The notes under the pieces are model-generated. The model saw only the letters and a list, made by a program, of their open reading frames with translations. It ran no database searches and was not told the DNA's origin. Below are positions 1 to 9,603 of a stretch of 64,000 bases of DNA, in pieces; within the stretch, counting starts at the first letter, position 1, and the number at the start of each line of letters is the position of its first letter. The position numbers were made by a program, and so were the translations under genes. The stretch covers positions 1,636,736-1,700,735 of the forward strand of contig OY760905.1 of NCBI GenBank assembly GCA_963664135.1. Reading direction: 5' to 3'. Origin of the DNA: an uncultured Acetobacterium sp. (lineage in GTDB: Bacteria > Bacillota > Clostridia > Eubacteriales > Eubacteriaceae).

Positions 1-38
1 GGGTTAAATCATTGTTTATCAAGAAGGAGCTCGTATAA

Positions 39-986
39 ATGGAATCAAATAAAAAAATAATAATGCTGGTCGCTGGTGGTTTAATTATAATTGGTCTCGT
101 GATTGCTTTGCTGGCTTTTATTCTGGTCGGTTTCAATTGGAATTCCTTTAACACCAGTCTGCCTGATGAGCAAAAGAGCTACAGTTATGATCTGGCCAGT
201 GTTTCCAGCTTGACGATCAGCGAATTAGATGCGGATGTCATCATTGTCGGAACTGATGATGACAAAATAAAAATAACCTGTTATGAAAATAAAAAGGATG
301 CTTACACCATCGACCTACAGGCCAATGGGAATCTAAATGTCAACCGCTCTATTTACAAACATTGGTATGAATACATTGGTTTTAATATCAGCAATCAAAA
401 AAGAACCCTGACTGTCGCTGTTCCCCGGAAATTCACTGGACAGATCGAAGCTTCCACGATGAGCGGCAATCTTGACCTGAGCGGCTTTGAATCTTTGGAT
501 GCCGTTGGCGCCAGTACTGCAAGCGGACAGATCACCTTGAAAAATGTGATTGTTGCCAATCAAATTAAGGCTTCTTCCATGAGTGGCAACTTTGATCTTG
601 CCAATCTTCATGCCGGTAAAGACGTAGATCTGAATACATCCAGCGGCGAAATCCAGTTCAATACCGGCAAAATTGATGGTAACCTGTCAATCTCTTCACT
701 CAGCGGCAATATCGATTTAGCTGATACCACTATCAACGGCGATGGCGCCTTTGAAAACAGCAGTGGCAAGGTGAACTTCAATCGACTTGCCGCCAATAAT
801 GTTTCCATTTCCACTCTCAGTGGCGATGTCCAGGGCAGCATCCTCGGCGATCCCGCCAATTACAAAATCACGGCCGACAGTCTCAGTGGTCGAATTGATA
901 TCCCCAACTCCGGCAATGGAAAAATTGCTGTTGATATCTCAACCAGTAGCGGTAATATTGCTATCGAATTTGCCGCGGCTAATTGA
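39..986 (+). CDS. DUF4097-family beta-strand repeat protein with N-terminal membrane anchor
   Basis: 315 aa; hydrophobic N-terminal helix, then repeated (S/T)xSGx(I/L) beta-repeat units; RBS AAGGAG upstream. Confidence 0.8.
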   Translation: MESNKKIIMLVAGGLIIIGLVIALLAFILVGFNWNSFNTSLPDEQKSYSYDLASVSSLTISELDADVIIVGTDDDKIKITCYENKKDAYTIDLQANGNLNVNRSIYKHWYEYIGFNISNQKRTLTVAVPRKFTGQIEASTMSGNLDLSGFESLDAVGASTASGQITLKNVIVANQIKASSMSGNFDLANLHAGKDVDLNTSSGEIQFNTGKIDGNLSISSLSGNIDLADTTINGDGAFENSSGKVNFNRLAANNVSISTLSGDVQGSILGDPANYKITADSLSGRIDIPNSGNGKIAVDISTSSGNIAIEFAAAN

Positions 987-1033
987 ATTATTTATCAATT
1001 CATCGAATTATTAATCTATTGACTTCCTAATTA

Positions 1034-1077
1034 AAAGGGACTCACGCAAATTTTTGATCATTTGCATGAGTCCCTTT
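1034..1077. terminator. Bidirectional intrinsic terminator
   Basis: AAAGGGACTCAcGCAAA...TTTGCaTGAGTCCCTTT hairpin between convergent genes. Confidence 0.8.
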
Positions 1078-1084
1078 ATTGTTT

Positions 1085-2506
1085 TTAGAATCTAAAATCC
1101 CGTTTGCCGGAATTCAGCTCGGTTAAATGCGCTGTTGCAATGCCTCTTACCTTATCGTTAGGGATCGAAGCCAGTTCCCGGGCAATGGTTTTTTCGCCAT
1201 TTAATTTGGTCTCCGGAGCAGCATAGTCCTCCAGATATTCTTTGAGGGTCATGATGGCGTTGGGTTGACAGCAGTTGGCAATCTGGCCGGATTTAACCAG
1301 TTGCATAAAGCGGTCACCGGTGCGGCCTTCCCGATAACAGGCGGTACAGAAGCTGGGGATATGTCCCATTTCCAACAGCCAGTTGACAATTTCATCCAGT
1401 TTTCGGGTATCATTGAGTTCAAATTGGGCTGAGTTTTCATCTTCCGGTTCGGGGGTATCATAACCTCCGACACTGGTGCTGGAACCGCCACTAATCTGCG
1501 AAATCCCCAGTTTTAAGACCCGTTCTCGGGAAGCCTTGGACTCCCGGGTGGAAATGATCATACCGGTGTAAGGCACCGCAATTCGCAGTACGGCGACAAT
1601 TTTTTCAAAGATTTCATCGGAAATAGCATTTGAAAAATCACCGGTGTCAATATCATCAGCCGGACAGATCCGAGGTACACTGATGGTGTGAGGGCCAACA
1701 CCCTTAGCGGCTTCCAGATGCTCTGCATGCATGAGCATCCCCACAAAATCATAACGATACATGTTCAGACCAAAGAGAACCCCAATCCCGACATCATCGA
1801 TACCACCATCCATGGCCCGATCCATGGCTTCAGTATGCCAGGAATAGTCATGCTTGGGCCCGGTAGGATGAAGTTCTTCATAATTTTCTTTATGATATGT
1901 TTCCTGGAACAAGATATAGGTTCCGATTCCGGCTTCTTTTAACTGTCGGTAATCATCCACTGTAGTAGCGGCGATGTTCACATTAACCCGACGGATATCG
2001 CCGTTTTTATGTTTAATGCTGTAAATGGTTTTAATGCTCTCTAAAATATATTCCAGCGGATTATTTTTGGGATCTTCGCCGGCTTCCAGCGCCAGACGCT
2101 TATGGCCCATGTCCTGCAGGGCAATGACTTCTTTGGCAATTTCTTCCTGGGTCAGTTTTTTACGGCTGATATTTTTGTTTTTAAAATGGTAAGGACAGTA
2201 GACACAGCCATTGACACAATAATTTGAGAGGTAAAGCGGAGCAAACATGACAATGCGATTACCATAAAATTTATTTTTAATATCCATGGCCAGTTTCACC
2301 AAACTGTCATTCTGTTCTTCCAACTCACAGGCCAGCAGAACTGCTGCTTCCCGATGCGTCAACCCTTTAAATTCTCTAGCTCGTTCAATGATATCGTTGA
2401 TTAAGACTTTATTCCGTTTATTTTCTTCCGCATAGGCCAGGGTGTCCAGAATTTCCTGGTCATCAATAAATTCAACAGCTTTTTTTGACATTACATTATA
2501 CATCAT
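1085..2506 (-). CDS. hydG: [FeFe]-hydrogenase H-cluster radical SAM maturase HydG
   Basis: CVNGCVYC radical SAM motif; C-terminal CTAC-x22-C motif separates HydG from ThiH; follows hydE. Confidence 0.95.
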   Translation of the reverse strand: MMYNVMSKKAVEFIDDQEILDTLAYAEENKRNKVLINDIIERAREFKGLTHREAAVLLACELEEQNDSLVKLAMDIKNKFYGNRIVMFAPLYLSNYCVNGCVYCPYHFKNKNISRKKLTQEEIAKEVIALQDMGHKRLALEAGEDPKNNPLEYILESIKTIYSIKHKNGDIRRVNVNIAATTVDDYRQLKEAGIGTYILFQETYHKENYEELHPTGPKHDYSWHTEAMDRAMDGGIDDVGIGVLFGLNMYRYDFVGMLMHAEHLEAAKGVGPHTISVPRICPADDIDTGDFSNAISDEIFEKIVAVLRIAVPYTGMIISTRESKASRERVLKLGISQISGGSSTSVGGYDTPEPEDENSAQFELNDTRKLDEIVNWLLEMGHIPSFCTACYREGRTGDRFMQLVKSGQIANCCQPNAIMTLKEYLEDYAAPETKLNGEKTIARELASIPNDKVRGIATAHLTELNSGKRDFRF

Positions 2507-2528
2507 TACTCTCCTGTAGTTTTATTTT

Positions 2529-2697
2529 CTGGCAATTGTAAAATTCATTCCATCGAACAATGGTTGCTTTACGATCAGTTTCCACAAACAATTGTGTAAC
2601 GTGTAGGCGAACAGGCAGTAGCCTGTCCGATGTACAGTGTAACAATTGTTTCGTGCGAAACTGATTGCAAAGCTCACGGGACTTTCACAATTACCTA
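2529..2697 (+). mobile_element. ~170-bp palindromic MITE-like repeat, copy 1
   Basis: Aligns by eye with 24497-24667 and reverse-complement 58424-58683; ends resemble TAGGTAATTGC...GCAATTACCTA. Confidence 0.8.
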
Positions 2698-2726
2698 CTT
2701 TATTTTTTTAAATGATTGTCCTAATT

Positions 2727-3776
2727 TTATTTTTGGGGGTAATCGCCCCGGTGAGTTAAAATTTCGTAGCCGATGCCTTCCATTCGCTTACTTAAACAAA
2801 CCCGGCATTCGGCAGCTTCATCCCCGGTACAGATCTTGTTATCATAAAGGCTGTAATCTTTTCGCACCGATACCGGCGACAGATTGGGCATCACCACATT
2901 GGCACCAGCCAGAATCCCTAATTCTCGGCCATTGGGATCAATCGTTCCCAAGGCGGTGGTGGCTGGAATCAATGCTTGTGGCAACATCAGTCGCAAGATT
3001 GAGATGAGCAGCAGGGTTTCTTCCAGGGTACCTGCCATAGCGTCTTTATAAGGGGTGTGCTGGTGGGGAATAAATGGTCCGATGCCGATCATATGTGGGT
3101 TTAATGACTTGATAAAGATAAGATCTTCAACGAGATTGTCCACGGTTTGATGGGGAGAACCAACCATAAACCCGGTGCCTACCTGAAAACCAATTTCTTT
3201 GAGATTTTCCAGACAGGCTTTACGGTTTTCCAGACTCAGTTCTTTAGGATGGAGTTTTTTATAATGATCCTCGGTGGCAGTCTCGTGGCGGAGTAAATAG
3301 CGGTTGGCACCGGCTGCAAAAAACCGTTTGTAAACTTCAGTTGGTCGCTCGCCCAAAGACAGCGTGATGGCACAATCCGGATACTTGCTTCTAATTTTAC
3401 CGATCAACTCATCCATTTGATCATCCGTAAAATCCGGATCCTCGCCCCCTTGAAGGACAAAGGTTCGAAAGTCGAGGTCATAACCCATTTCACAACAGTC
3501 CAGAATTTCTGACTCGGTCAGCCGATAGCGATTGGCTTTTTCATTGCCGCAGCGAATGCCACAATAATAGCAATCATTTTTGCAATAGTTGCTGAATTCA
3601 ATCAGTCCGCGGACGTAAACCCCGTTACCAAAGTTTTCATTGGCGATTATTTGCGCTCGACGTGATATCTCGGTTCTCAATTCGGTGGTGTTGTTTTCCA
3701 GCAGCCATTTAAATTCATCCCGGTCAAGATTTTGTTGTTGTTCCAGCTTTGCAATTATTTTATTCATTATTCCCAT
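2727..3776 (-). CDS. hydE: [FeFe]-hydrogenase radical SAM maturase HydE
   Basis: CKNDCYYC motif, RYLLRHETA segment, located between TM1266-type gene and hydG. Confidence 0.92.
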   Translation of the reverse strand: MGIMNKIIAKLEQQQNLDRDEFKWLLENNTTELRTEISRRAQIIANENFGNGVYVRGLIEFSNYCKNDCYYCGIRCGNEKANRYRLTESEILDCCEMGYDLDFRTFVLQGGEDPDFTDDQMDELIGKIRSKYPDCAITLSLGERPTEVYKRFFAAGANRYLLRHETATEDHYKKLHPKELSLENRKACLENLKEIGFQVGTGFMVGSPHQTVDNLVEDLIFIKSLNPHMIGIGPFIPHQHTPYKDAMAGTLEETLLLISILRLMLPQALIPATTALGTIDPNGRELGILAGANVVMPNLSPVSVRKDYSLYDNKICTGDEAAECRVCLSKRMEGIGYEILTHRGDYPQK

Positions 3777-4038
3777 CCACTTCTTCGCCTTTTGGCAGTT
3801 TCGAATAAACTGTTTTGATACTCACGCCATCAATCATTCCCAGCTTTCCGGAGAGAGAGCTGATGATATTGGTGGATGCATCCACCACCACACTGATCAC
3901 CGATACGTTTCGTTGATGATACGGGATTCCCATTCGTCCGACAATGTGTTCACCATAGTCATGCAGCACCTGATTCAACTTTTCCACAGCTTCTTTTTTT
4001 TCTACGACAATTGCGATGAGTCCAATTCTCTTTTCCAT
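3760..4038 (-). CDS. TM1266-family iron-only hydrogenase system putative regulator (ACT-like)
   Basis: MEKRIGLIAIVVE...LHDYGEHIVGRMGIPY; RBS GAGGAG before ATG at 4038; overlaps hydE start. Confidence 0.88.
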   Translation of the reverse strand: MEKRIGLIAIVVEKKEAVEKLNQVLHDYGEHIVGRMGIPYHQRNVSVISVVVDASTNIISSLSGKLGMIDGVSIKTVYSKLPKGEEVDGNNE

Positions 4039-4096
4039 ATTTATCTCCTCGTTCACCTTCTTTGTTTAACAAGCTACCTTCATAATTACCAAAAAT

Positions 4097-4180
4097 AACC
4101 ACGCTTCCGCTTCGCTCCATCTTTGGTTCGTGGGCAGTCGCCAACTGCAAGCGAGCTTGCAATTGGCTCGTTACCTTCAC
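4097..4180. repeat. Palindromic repeat module in hyd leader
   Basis: 4129-4180 matches 58510-58561 at 44 of 52 positions; preceded by CCACG..CGCTTCGCTCC..CGTGG hairpin. Confidence 0.75.
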
Positions 4181-4182
4181 GC

Positions 4183-4216
4183 AAAAAAAATCCCTGTACC
4201 GAGGTAGGTACAGGGA
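4183..4216 (-). terminator. Intrinsic terminator inside 5' leader of TM1266-hydE-hydG
   Basis: Perfect 10-bp stem TCCCTGTACC/GGTACAGGGA, 6-nt loop, U8 tail on minus strand, ~145 nt before start codon. Confidence 0.85.
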
Positions 4217-4640
4217 AAACACGCAAATAGCCAAACCATCTTTAGTAAATGGTGTTGGGTTAATGACACATGATTCTCTCGCCTTTCCAATAGGGACGAA
4301 CCCGCTTGGCATCAGTACGATAACTTTGTTTCTTTTTTAATTAATACTTTATAAATTGTTCAGTTTGCTGTCAGACTCAGACGCATCTTTATCTTTCAGT
4401 TCACTGTTGTTGAAAAGGATATCATATAATGGGACAAGCTTCAATCACTAACTAAGAGAAATTTTTGTTCTTTTTTCCAAATTCGCACTCAAATCGAGCT
4501 CAAATAAAATAAAAAAGACAATTAATTTTCCTCTTTTGGGCACGCTGCAAAAACAAGCGTGCCACCGCGGATAAACTAATTGTCTGATCTTTATAATTTT
4601 ATCGTTCACTTACTGACAGTTTAAAATCATTTGCTTCTTA

Positions 4641-5885
4641 TTAATAAAGATTGTGAATAAATAAGCCACTTCTTAATTTTGGTTCAAACCAGGTGGATTT
4701 TGGCGGCATCAGCAGATTGGCATCGGCGATGTTCATGAGCTCTTCAATGGATGTTGGATACATCGAGAAAGCCAGTACCATATCGTCATTGGCGCGTCGT
4801 TCCAACTCTTTCAAACCACGGATTCCACCAACAAAATCAATGCGTTTGTCAGTTCGAATATCGCCGATACCGAGAATCGGCACCAACACATTATTCTGCA
4901 AAATGGCAACATCTAATGAATTAACCGGATCAGTCGGATCATAAACGCCTTCTTTAACGGTTAACAGATACCATTTTCCATCCACATAAAGGCCAAAACT
5001 GCCTTTTTGCGGTGGTTTGACCGGTTCTGTTTCCTTAGGCGTAACATCAAATTTTTCTGCGAGGGCATTTAAGAACTCCTCAACACTCAGTCCGTTGAGA
5101 TCTTTTACTACTCGGTTATAGTCCATAATGTAGAGCTGTTCGTCTGGAAATAAAACCGAGAGGAAATAGTTAAATTCTTCAGCTCCGGTATAATCGGGGT
5201 TTGCTTCCCGACGCAGCAGACCGACCTTGACGGCAGAAGCTGAACGATGATGACCGTCAGCAATATACAGACTTTCCACATTGCTGAATTTTTCAATTAA
5301 GCCATTAATAACGGCTTCATCATCAACAACCCAGGCCCGGTGGGTAATCCCATCATCTGAAACGAAATCATAAACCGGTTCGTTGGCTTTTCGCCATGCG
5401 TCAATCATTTCATTGATAATATCTTGTGAGCGGTAGGTCAGAAAAATTGGTCCGGTGTTGGCATTACAGGCATCAACATGCTTGATACGGTCTTCTTCCT
5501 TATCAGCCCGGGTCAGCTCATGTTTTTTAATGGTGTTGTTCAGATACTCATCGATAGCGGTACAAACAACCAGACCTACCTGGCTGCGGCCATCCATGAT
5601 CAATTCATAAATATATAAACAGTCTTTGGTATCCTGAGTTAAGGCATTGCGATGAAACAGTTTTTCCAGATTTTTCCGGGCCGTTTCATAAACAAAGGGG
5701 TCATTGATTTTGATGCGCTCGTCCAACGTTGTTTCCGGACGATCGACCCGTAAAAATGAATCCAGTTTTCCTCGGGCGGCAATTGCTGCTTCTTCCCGAT
5801 TATACACATCATAAGGCAGCGCTGCGACGTCCTGAGCCTTTTCCGGAAACGGACGAACTGCTTTAAAGGGTTTGATTGTTGCCAT
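4641..5885 (-). CDS. DUF1015-family protein
   Basis: MATIKPFKAVRP start, YIADGHHR and MPPKSTWFEPK motifs; usual serC-serA neighbour. Confidence 0.9.
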   Translation of the reverse strand: MATIKPFKAVRPFPEKAQDVAALPYDVYNREEAAIAARGKLDSFLRVDRPETTLDERIKINDPFVYETARKNLEKLFHRNALTQDTKDCLYIYELIMDGRSQVGLVVCTAIDEYLNNTIKKHELTRADKEEDRIKHVDACNANTGPIFLTYRSQDIINEMIDAWRKANEPVYDFVSDDGITHRAWVVDDEAVINGLIEKFSNVESLYIADGHHRSASAVKVGLLRREANPDYTGAEEFNYFLSVLFPDEQLYIMDYNRVVKDLNGLSVEEFLNALAEKFDVTPKETEPVKPPQKGSFGLYVDGKWYLLTVKEGVYDPTDPVNSLDVAILQNNVLVPILGIGDIRTDKRIDFVGGIRGLKELERRANDDMVLAFSMYPTSIEELMNIADANLLMPPKSTWFEPKLRSGLFIHNLY

Positions 5886-5959
5886 TTTTTCCTCCTGTTT
5901 TTTAAAGAAAGAAGTGGTCTTCATTAAACCGAAGCCACTTCTTTTTTTATCGTTTTAAA

Positions 5960-7129
5960 TTATTTAATAATCCGTACGCGGGTGACGCCTTTGATGCTTT
6001 TTAAAGCTGTTTTAACATCTTCACCAACATTGCTGTCAACGTCGATCATGGTATATGCCCAAGAACCGCGGTTCTTATTGGTCATAACCGAAATATTGAT
6101 GTCATTATCAGCCAGAATTTTGGTGATTTGTCCTAACATATTGGGAACATTGGCATGATTGACGGTGATTCGGTTATCCGCTTCACATACCCCCATATTG
6201 CAATCAGGATAGTTCACAGAATTAATGATATTACCATTCTCCAGATATTCTTTTAAGGAATGAATGGCCATTTCCGCACAGTTTTCTTCACTCTCCGGCG
6301 TTGAAGCACCTAAATGTGGAATATTGATGACGTTTTTCATTTTTAGTAGTCGTTCATTTGGAAAATCGGTAATATAGGTTGCGATGGTACCTTCTTCGAT
6401 GGCATTTTCCAAGGCATCATAGTTAACCAGTCCACCTCGGGCAAAGTTTAGTAATCTTAACCCTTCTTTGGTTTCTTTTAATAGATCAGCATTGACATAA
6501 TCTTTGGTTTCATCCATATAAGGAATGTGAAGTGAAATGTAATCACAGTTTTTAAAGATTTCTTCTTTGCTGATGGCACGTTTTACTTTTCGGCTTAAGC
6601 CCCAGGCATTGTCGATGGAAATAAAGGGATCAAATCCGTAAACCTTCATCCCGAAATCAACGGCCATATTGGCAACCAGTACCCCAATGGCACCTAAACC
6701 AATAACACCCATTTTCTTGCCGTAAAGCTCGGGTCCGCCAAACGCGCCCTTGCCTTTTTCGACGAGTGCTGGTACTTCATCGCCCTTATCGACTAAAGTG
6801 CTGGACCATGCAATCCCATCAACCACTTTACGAGAAGAGATCAGCATCCCAGCGATTACCAATTCTTTAACGGCATTGGCGTTGGCTCCTGGTGAGTTAC
6901 AAACAACGATTCCTTGTTCTGAACATTTTTCCAGCGGAATATTATTGACTCCGGCTCCGGCTCGGCCGACAAATTTAACTGATTCGGGAATATCCATATC
7001 ATGCATTTTAAAGCTTCTTAATAAAATGGCATCCGGATTTTCTGGTTGGTCAAGAACAGTATAATTTTCACCTAATAATTTAAGGCCTTTTTTTGAAATA
7101 TTATTGAGGGTTTGCACTTTATAATTCAA
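5960..7129 (-). CDS. serA: D-3-phosphoglycerate dehydrogenase with C-terminal ACT domain
   Basis: RAGAGVNNIP, GLGAIG, PHLGAST; TTG start. Confidence 0.93.
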   Translation of the reverse strand: MNYKVQTLNNISKKGLKLLGENYTVLDQPENPDAILLRSFKMHDMDIPESVKFVGRAGAGVNNIPLEKCSEQGIVVCNSPGANANAVKELVIAGMLISSRKVVDGIAWSSTLVDKGDEVPALVEKGKGAFGGPELYGKKMGVIGLGAIGVLVANMAVDFGMKVYGFDPFISIDNAWGLSRKVKRAISKEEIFKNCDYISLHIPYMDETKDYVNADLLKETKEGLRLLNFARGGLVNYDALENAIEEGTIATYITDFPNERLLKMKNVINIPHLGASTPESEENCAEMAIHSLKEYLENGNIINSVNYPDCNMGVCEADNRITVNHANVPNMLGQITKILADNDINISVMTNKNRGSWAYTMIDVDSNVGEDVKTALKSIKGVTRVRIIK

Positions 7130-7158
7130 TGGTCTGTTTCCTTTCTTAGCGAAAATGC

Positions 7159-8247
7159 CTAGGCGTTTTCTTTTTCAAATTTCTGCATGAAATCAATCAG
7201 GGTATCGATACCGGCCATTGGCATGGCATTGTAAATACTGGCACGCATGCCGCCAACGCTACGATGACCTTTAAGATTTTCCATACCGGCTTTTTTGCTT
7301 TCCTTAACGAATAGCGCATCTAATTCGTCTGATCCGGTAATGAAAGGCACATTCATCAATGAACGGTCTTCAGGAACAACAGTCCCTTTGTAAAGTGTAC
7401 TATTATCAATAAAGTCATATAGTTTTTGAGCTTTTTCTTTATTAACAGCTTCCATTCCAGCAACACCGCCGTTTGCTTTAACCCATTCATAAACCAGTTT
7501 ACAGATGTAAATGGCATAACATGGTGGGGTATTATAGCTAGAGTCGTTATCGGCATGAATTTTGTAATCCAACATGGTTGGGGTGAAGTCTTTGGCGTGT
7601 CCCAGTAAATCATTACGAATGATCACGGCGGTTACACCGGCTGGACCCATGTTTTTCTGTGCGCCGGCATAAATTAAACCAAATTTAGATACATCATATA
7701 CTTCTGATAAGATGTTTGATGACATATCACCTACCAACGGCACATTGCCAGTATCGGGAATATTTTCAGGTTTGAAGCGCGTTCCGTAAATGGTGTTATT
7801 AACGCAAATATGGAAGAAATCAGCATCAGGTGTAAAATCCTTGGGATCTACCTTAGGGATGTAGGAAAAGGTTTTATCCTGGGATGATGCGATAACCTTT
7901 GCTTCTCCATAACGAGCAGACTCTTGATACGCCTTTTTTGCCCAACTGCCTGTGATCATAAAATCAGCTTTATTGGTTTTTGAATAAAGATTCAAAGGAA
8001 CCATGGCAAACTGAGTCGATGCTCCACCCTGTAAAAACAGGATTTCATAATTATCAGGAACATTCATTAATTCTTTGTAAAGACTTTTTGCTTCTTGAAG
8101 AATATCAATAAAATAGGATGATCGATGACTCATCTCCATCACGGACATGCCGGAATCTCCATAGGATACCATTTCATCCGCAGCTTTTTGTAGGACTTCC
8201 ATTGGTAAACATGATGGTCCTGCTGAAAAATTATAAACTCTTTTCAC
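7159..8247 (-). CDS. serC: Phosphoserine aminotransferase
   Basis: YNFSAGP, GAQKN PLP-lysine motif, GHRSVGGMRASIYNA. Confidence 0.97.
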   Translation of the reverse strand: MKRVYNFSAGPSCLPMEVLQKAADEMVSYGDSGMSVMEMSHRSSYFIDILQEAKSLYKELMNVPDNYEILFLQGGASTQFAMVPLNLYSKTNKADFMITGSWAKKAYQESARYGEAKVIASSQDKTFSYIPKVDPKDFTPDADFFHICVNNTIYGTRFKPENIPDTGNVPLVGDMSSNILSEVYDVSKFGLIYAGAQKNMGPAGVTAVIIRNDLLGHAKDFTPTMLDYKIHADNDSSYNTPPCYAIYICKLVYEWVKANGGVAGMEAVNKEKAQKLYDFIDNSTLYKGTVVPEDRSLMNVPFITGSDELDALFVKESKKAGMENLKGHRSVGGMRASIYNAMPMAGIDTLIDFMQKFEKENA

Positions 8248-8315
8248 TTTTAATTTCCTCCTTAAAATAATGTTTTGGTGTGATTTGTAATTCTCTGAAA
8301 AAATTACTTCCTGCT

Positions 8316-8344
8316 ATTATATGTTAAATTATTGTCAAATGCAA
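8316..8344 (-). promoter_or_regulatory. Putative sigma-A promoter of serC operon
   Basis: TTGCAT-17 nt-TATAAT on minus strand. Confidence 0.55.
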
Positions 8345-8391
8345 GATTTTGTATCAAATTTTATGTAAATTTTCTGATTGCAAATGATTTC

Positions 8392-9603
8392 TTATTCAAT
8401 TATTACTGTTGTTTTTGCCGGTGTGATTGATTGCACCAAAGACTGTGATAAATTGGTCTGAATCGGCAATTCATATTCTCCCGGTCCTAAATTGGCGCAG
8501 TCAACAGAAGCCTCAACCTGATCAGCATTCAAGCTGTTCAAAACACTGCTTGCTCCTTTTAGTTTTATAACAACTCGGCTATCTTTTATTTTTGAAGTCA
8601 TCAGACCGGTGCCCAAATTCTTGGTGGTAATTTTATCAACTGTAAAACTCTTTTCAACCGGACTCTCAATAGAAACCGTCGCCTTGACTTTGCCACTACC
8701 ATCAAGGAAATAACATCCTGCTGGCGGGGTGAGATTGATGTCTTTGGTAAATGTTTTCGATTGACCGGTGACATCGATGGGATCCATGGGAATGGATTCA
8801 ATGGTTTTGAGCAATTCTTCCTTTGCCCCAATGGTTACTTTGGATGGTTCTACTAACACCCCAGTTACCATGTAGCCATTGGCGGGACTCCCCGTTGTTG
8901 ATGGGATAATTCCCAACGACTTGGTTTTGCCCAGGATAATCTCGGTGGTAACAACGTTTGGCAACATGTCTAAATCGGATATGAGATTGCCGGATTCGTC
9001 ATAGGCTGAGACCTCCAGATGCTGGGTTGTGTCAGTTTCCATGCCGTTTACGTTGGCCGTCGCCGTTATCTTACTGATTCGCGCGATGGACTCTTCCGGA
9101 CCTTCCACTTCAACTTTTTCCAATGCTTCAGCGGAAATCACCGACAGGTCATTGGCGGGTTTACCCTCGGGGACAATTTCGACCTCCAGATCTTCTTTGA
9201 TGATGTTGTCCACCACGATCTGGAGACTGGAAGGATTCATACTGCTGATGATCACTGAGTTGGAAAGCCCCTTCACCTGAACATCTAAATCATAGGTTCC
9301 TTTGGCATCAATATCACTGAGATCCACTTCAGCGGTTATTTCTTTCATATTAATGTTCTTCAGGTTTTTATCGGTTCCCTTTACCTGCAAATTGAGATAA
9401 TAGTTTTTGTTATCTGCCAAAACCAGATTTTTTGCGGTGAGCGATTCCGTGTTGGTTAAAGTAATCGGGATGCTATTAAAATCCTGGGTGATCAGCATAT
9501 CAGCGTTGCCGTTAACCATAAACCACAGGGTTATCGCGATGCCAATCGCCGCCAGCATCCGGATTAATCGTTCATGTACGGGAATCTTTTTTTTATTTGC
9601 CAT
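8392..9603 (-). CDS. cdaR: YbbR-repeat diadenylate cyclase regulator CdaR
   Basis: N-terminal TM (AITLWFMV), repeated YbbR-like beta domains, overlaps end of cdaA. Confidence 0.9.
   Translation of the reverse strand: MANKKKIPVHERLIRMLAAIGIAITLWFMVNGNADMLITQDFNSIPITLTNTESLTAKNLVLADNKNYYLNLQVKGTDKNLKNINMKEITAEVDLSDIDAKGTYDLDVQVKGLSNSVIISSMNPSSLQIVVDNIIKEDLEVEIVPEGKPANDLSVISAEALEKVEVEGPEESIARISKITATANVNGMETDTTQHLEVSAYDESGNLISDLDMLPNVVTTEIILGKTKSLGIIPSTTGSPANGYMVTGVLVEPSKVTIGAKEELLKTIESIPMDPIDVTGQSKTFTKDINLTPPAGCYFLDGSGKVKATVSIESPVEKSFTVDKITTKNLGTGLMTSKIKDSRVVIKLKGASSVLNSLNADQVEASVDCANLGPGEYELPIQTNLSQSLVQSITPAKTTVIIE

Noticed and set aside
1085-3776. Alternative calls thiH for hydG and bioB/pylB for hydE
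   Set aside because: The CX2CX22C C-terminus, LRHET motif and TM1266 context support HydG and HydE
4560-4570. GTGCCACCGCG resembling a T-box motif
   Set aside because: Mismatch in the GGTGG core, wrong strand for nearby genes, overlaps a terminator-like hairpin, no stem I or specifier
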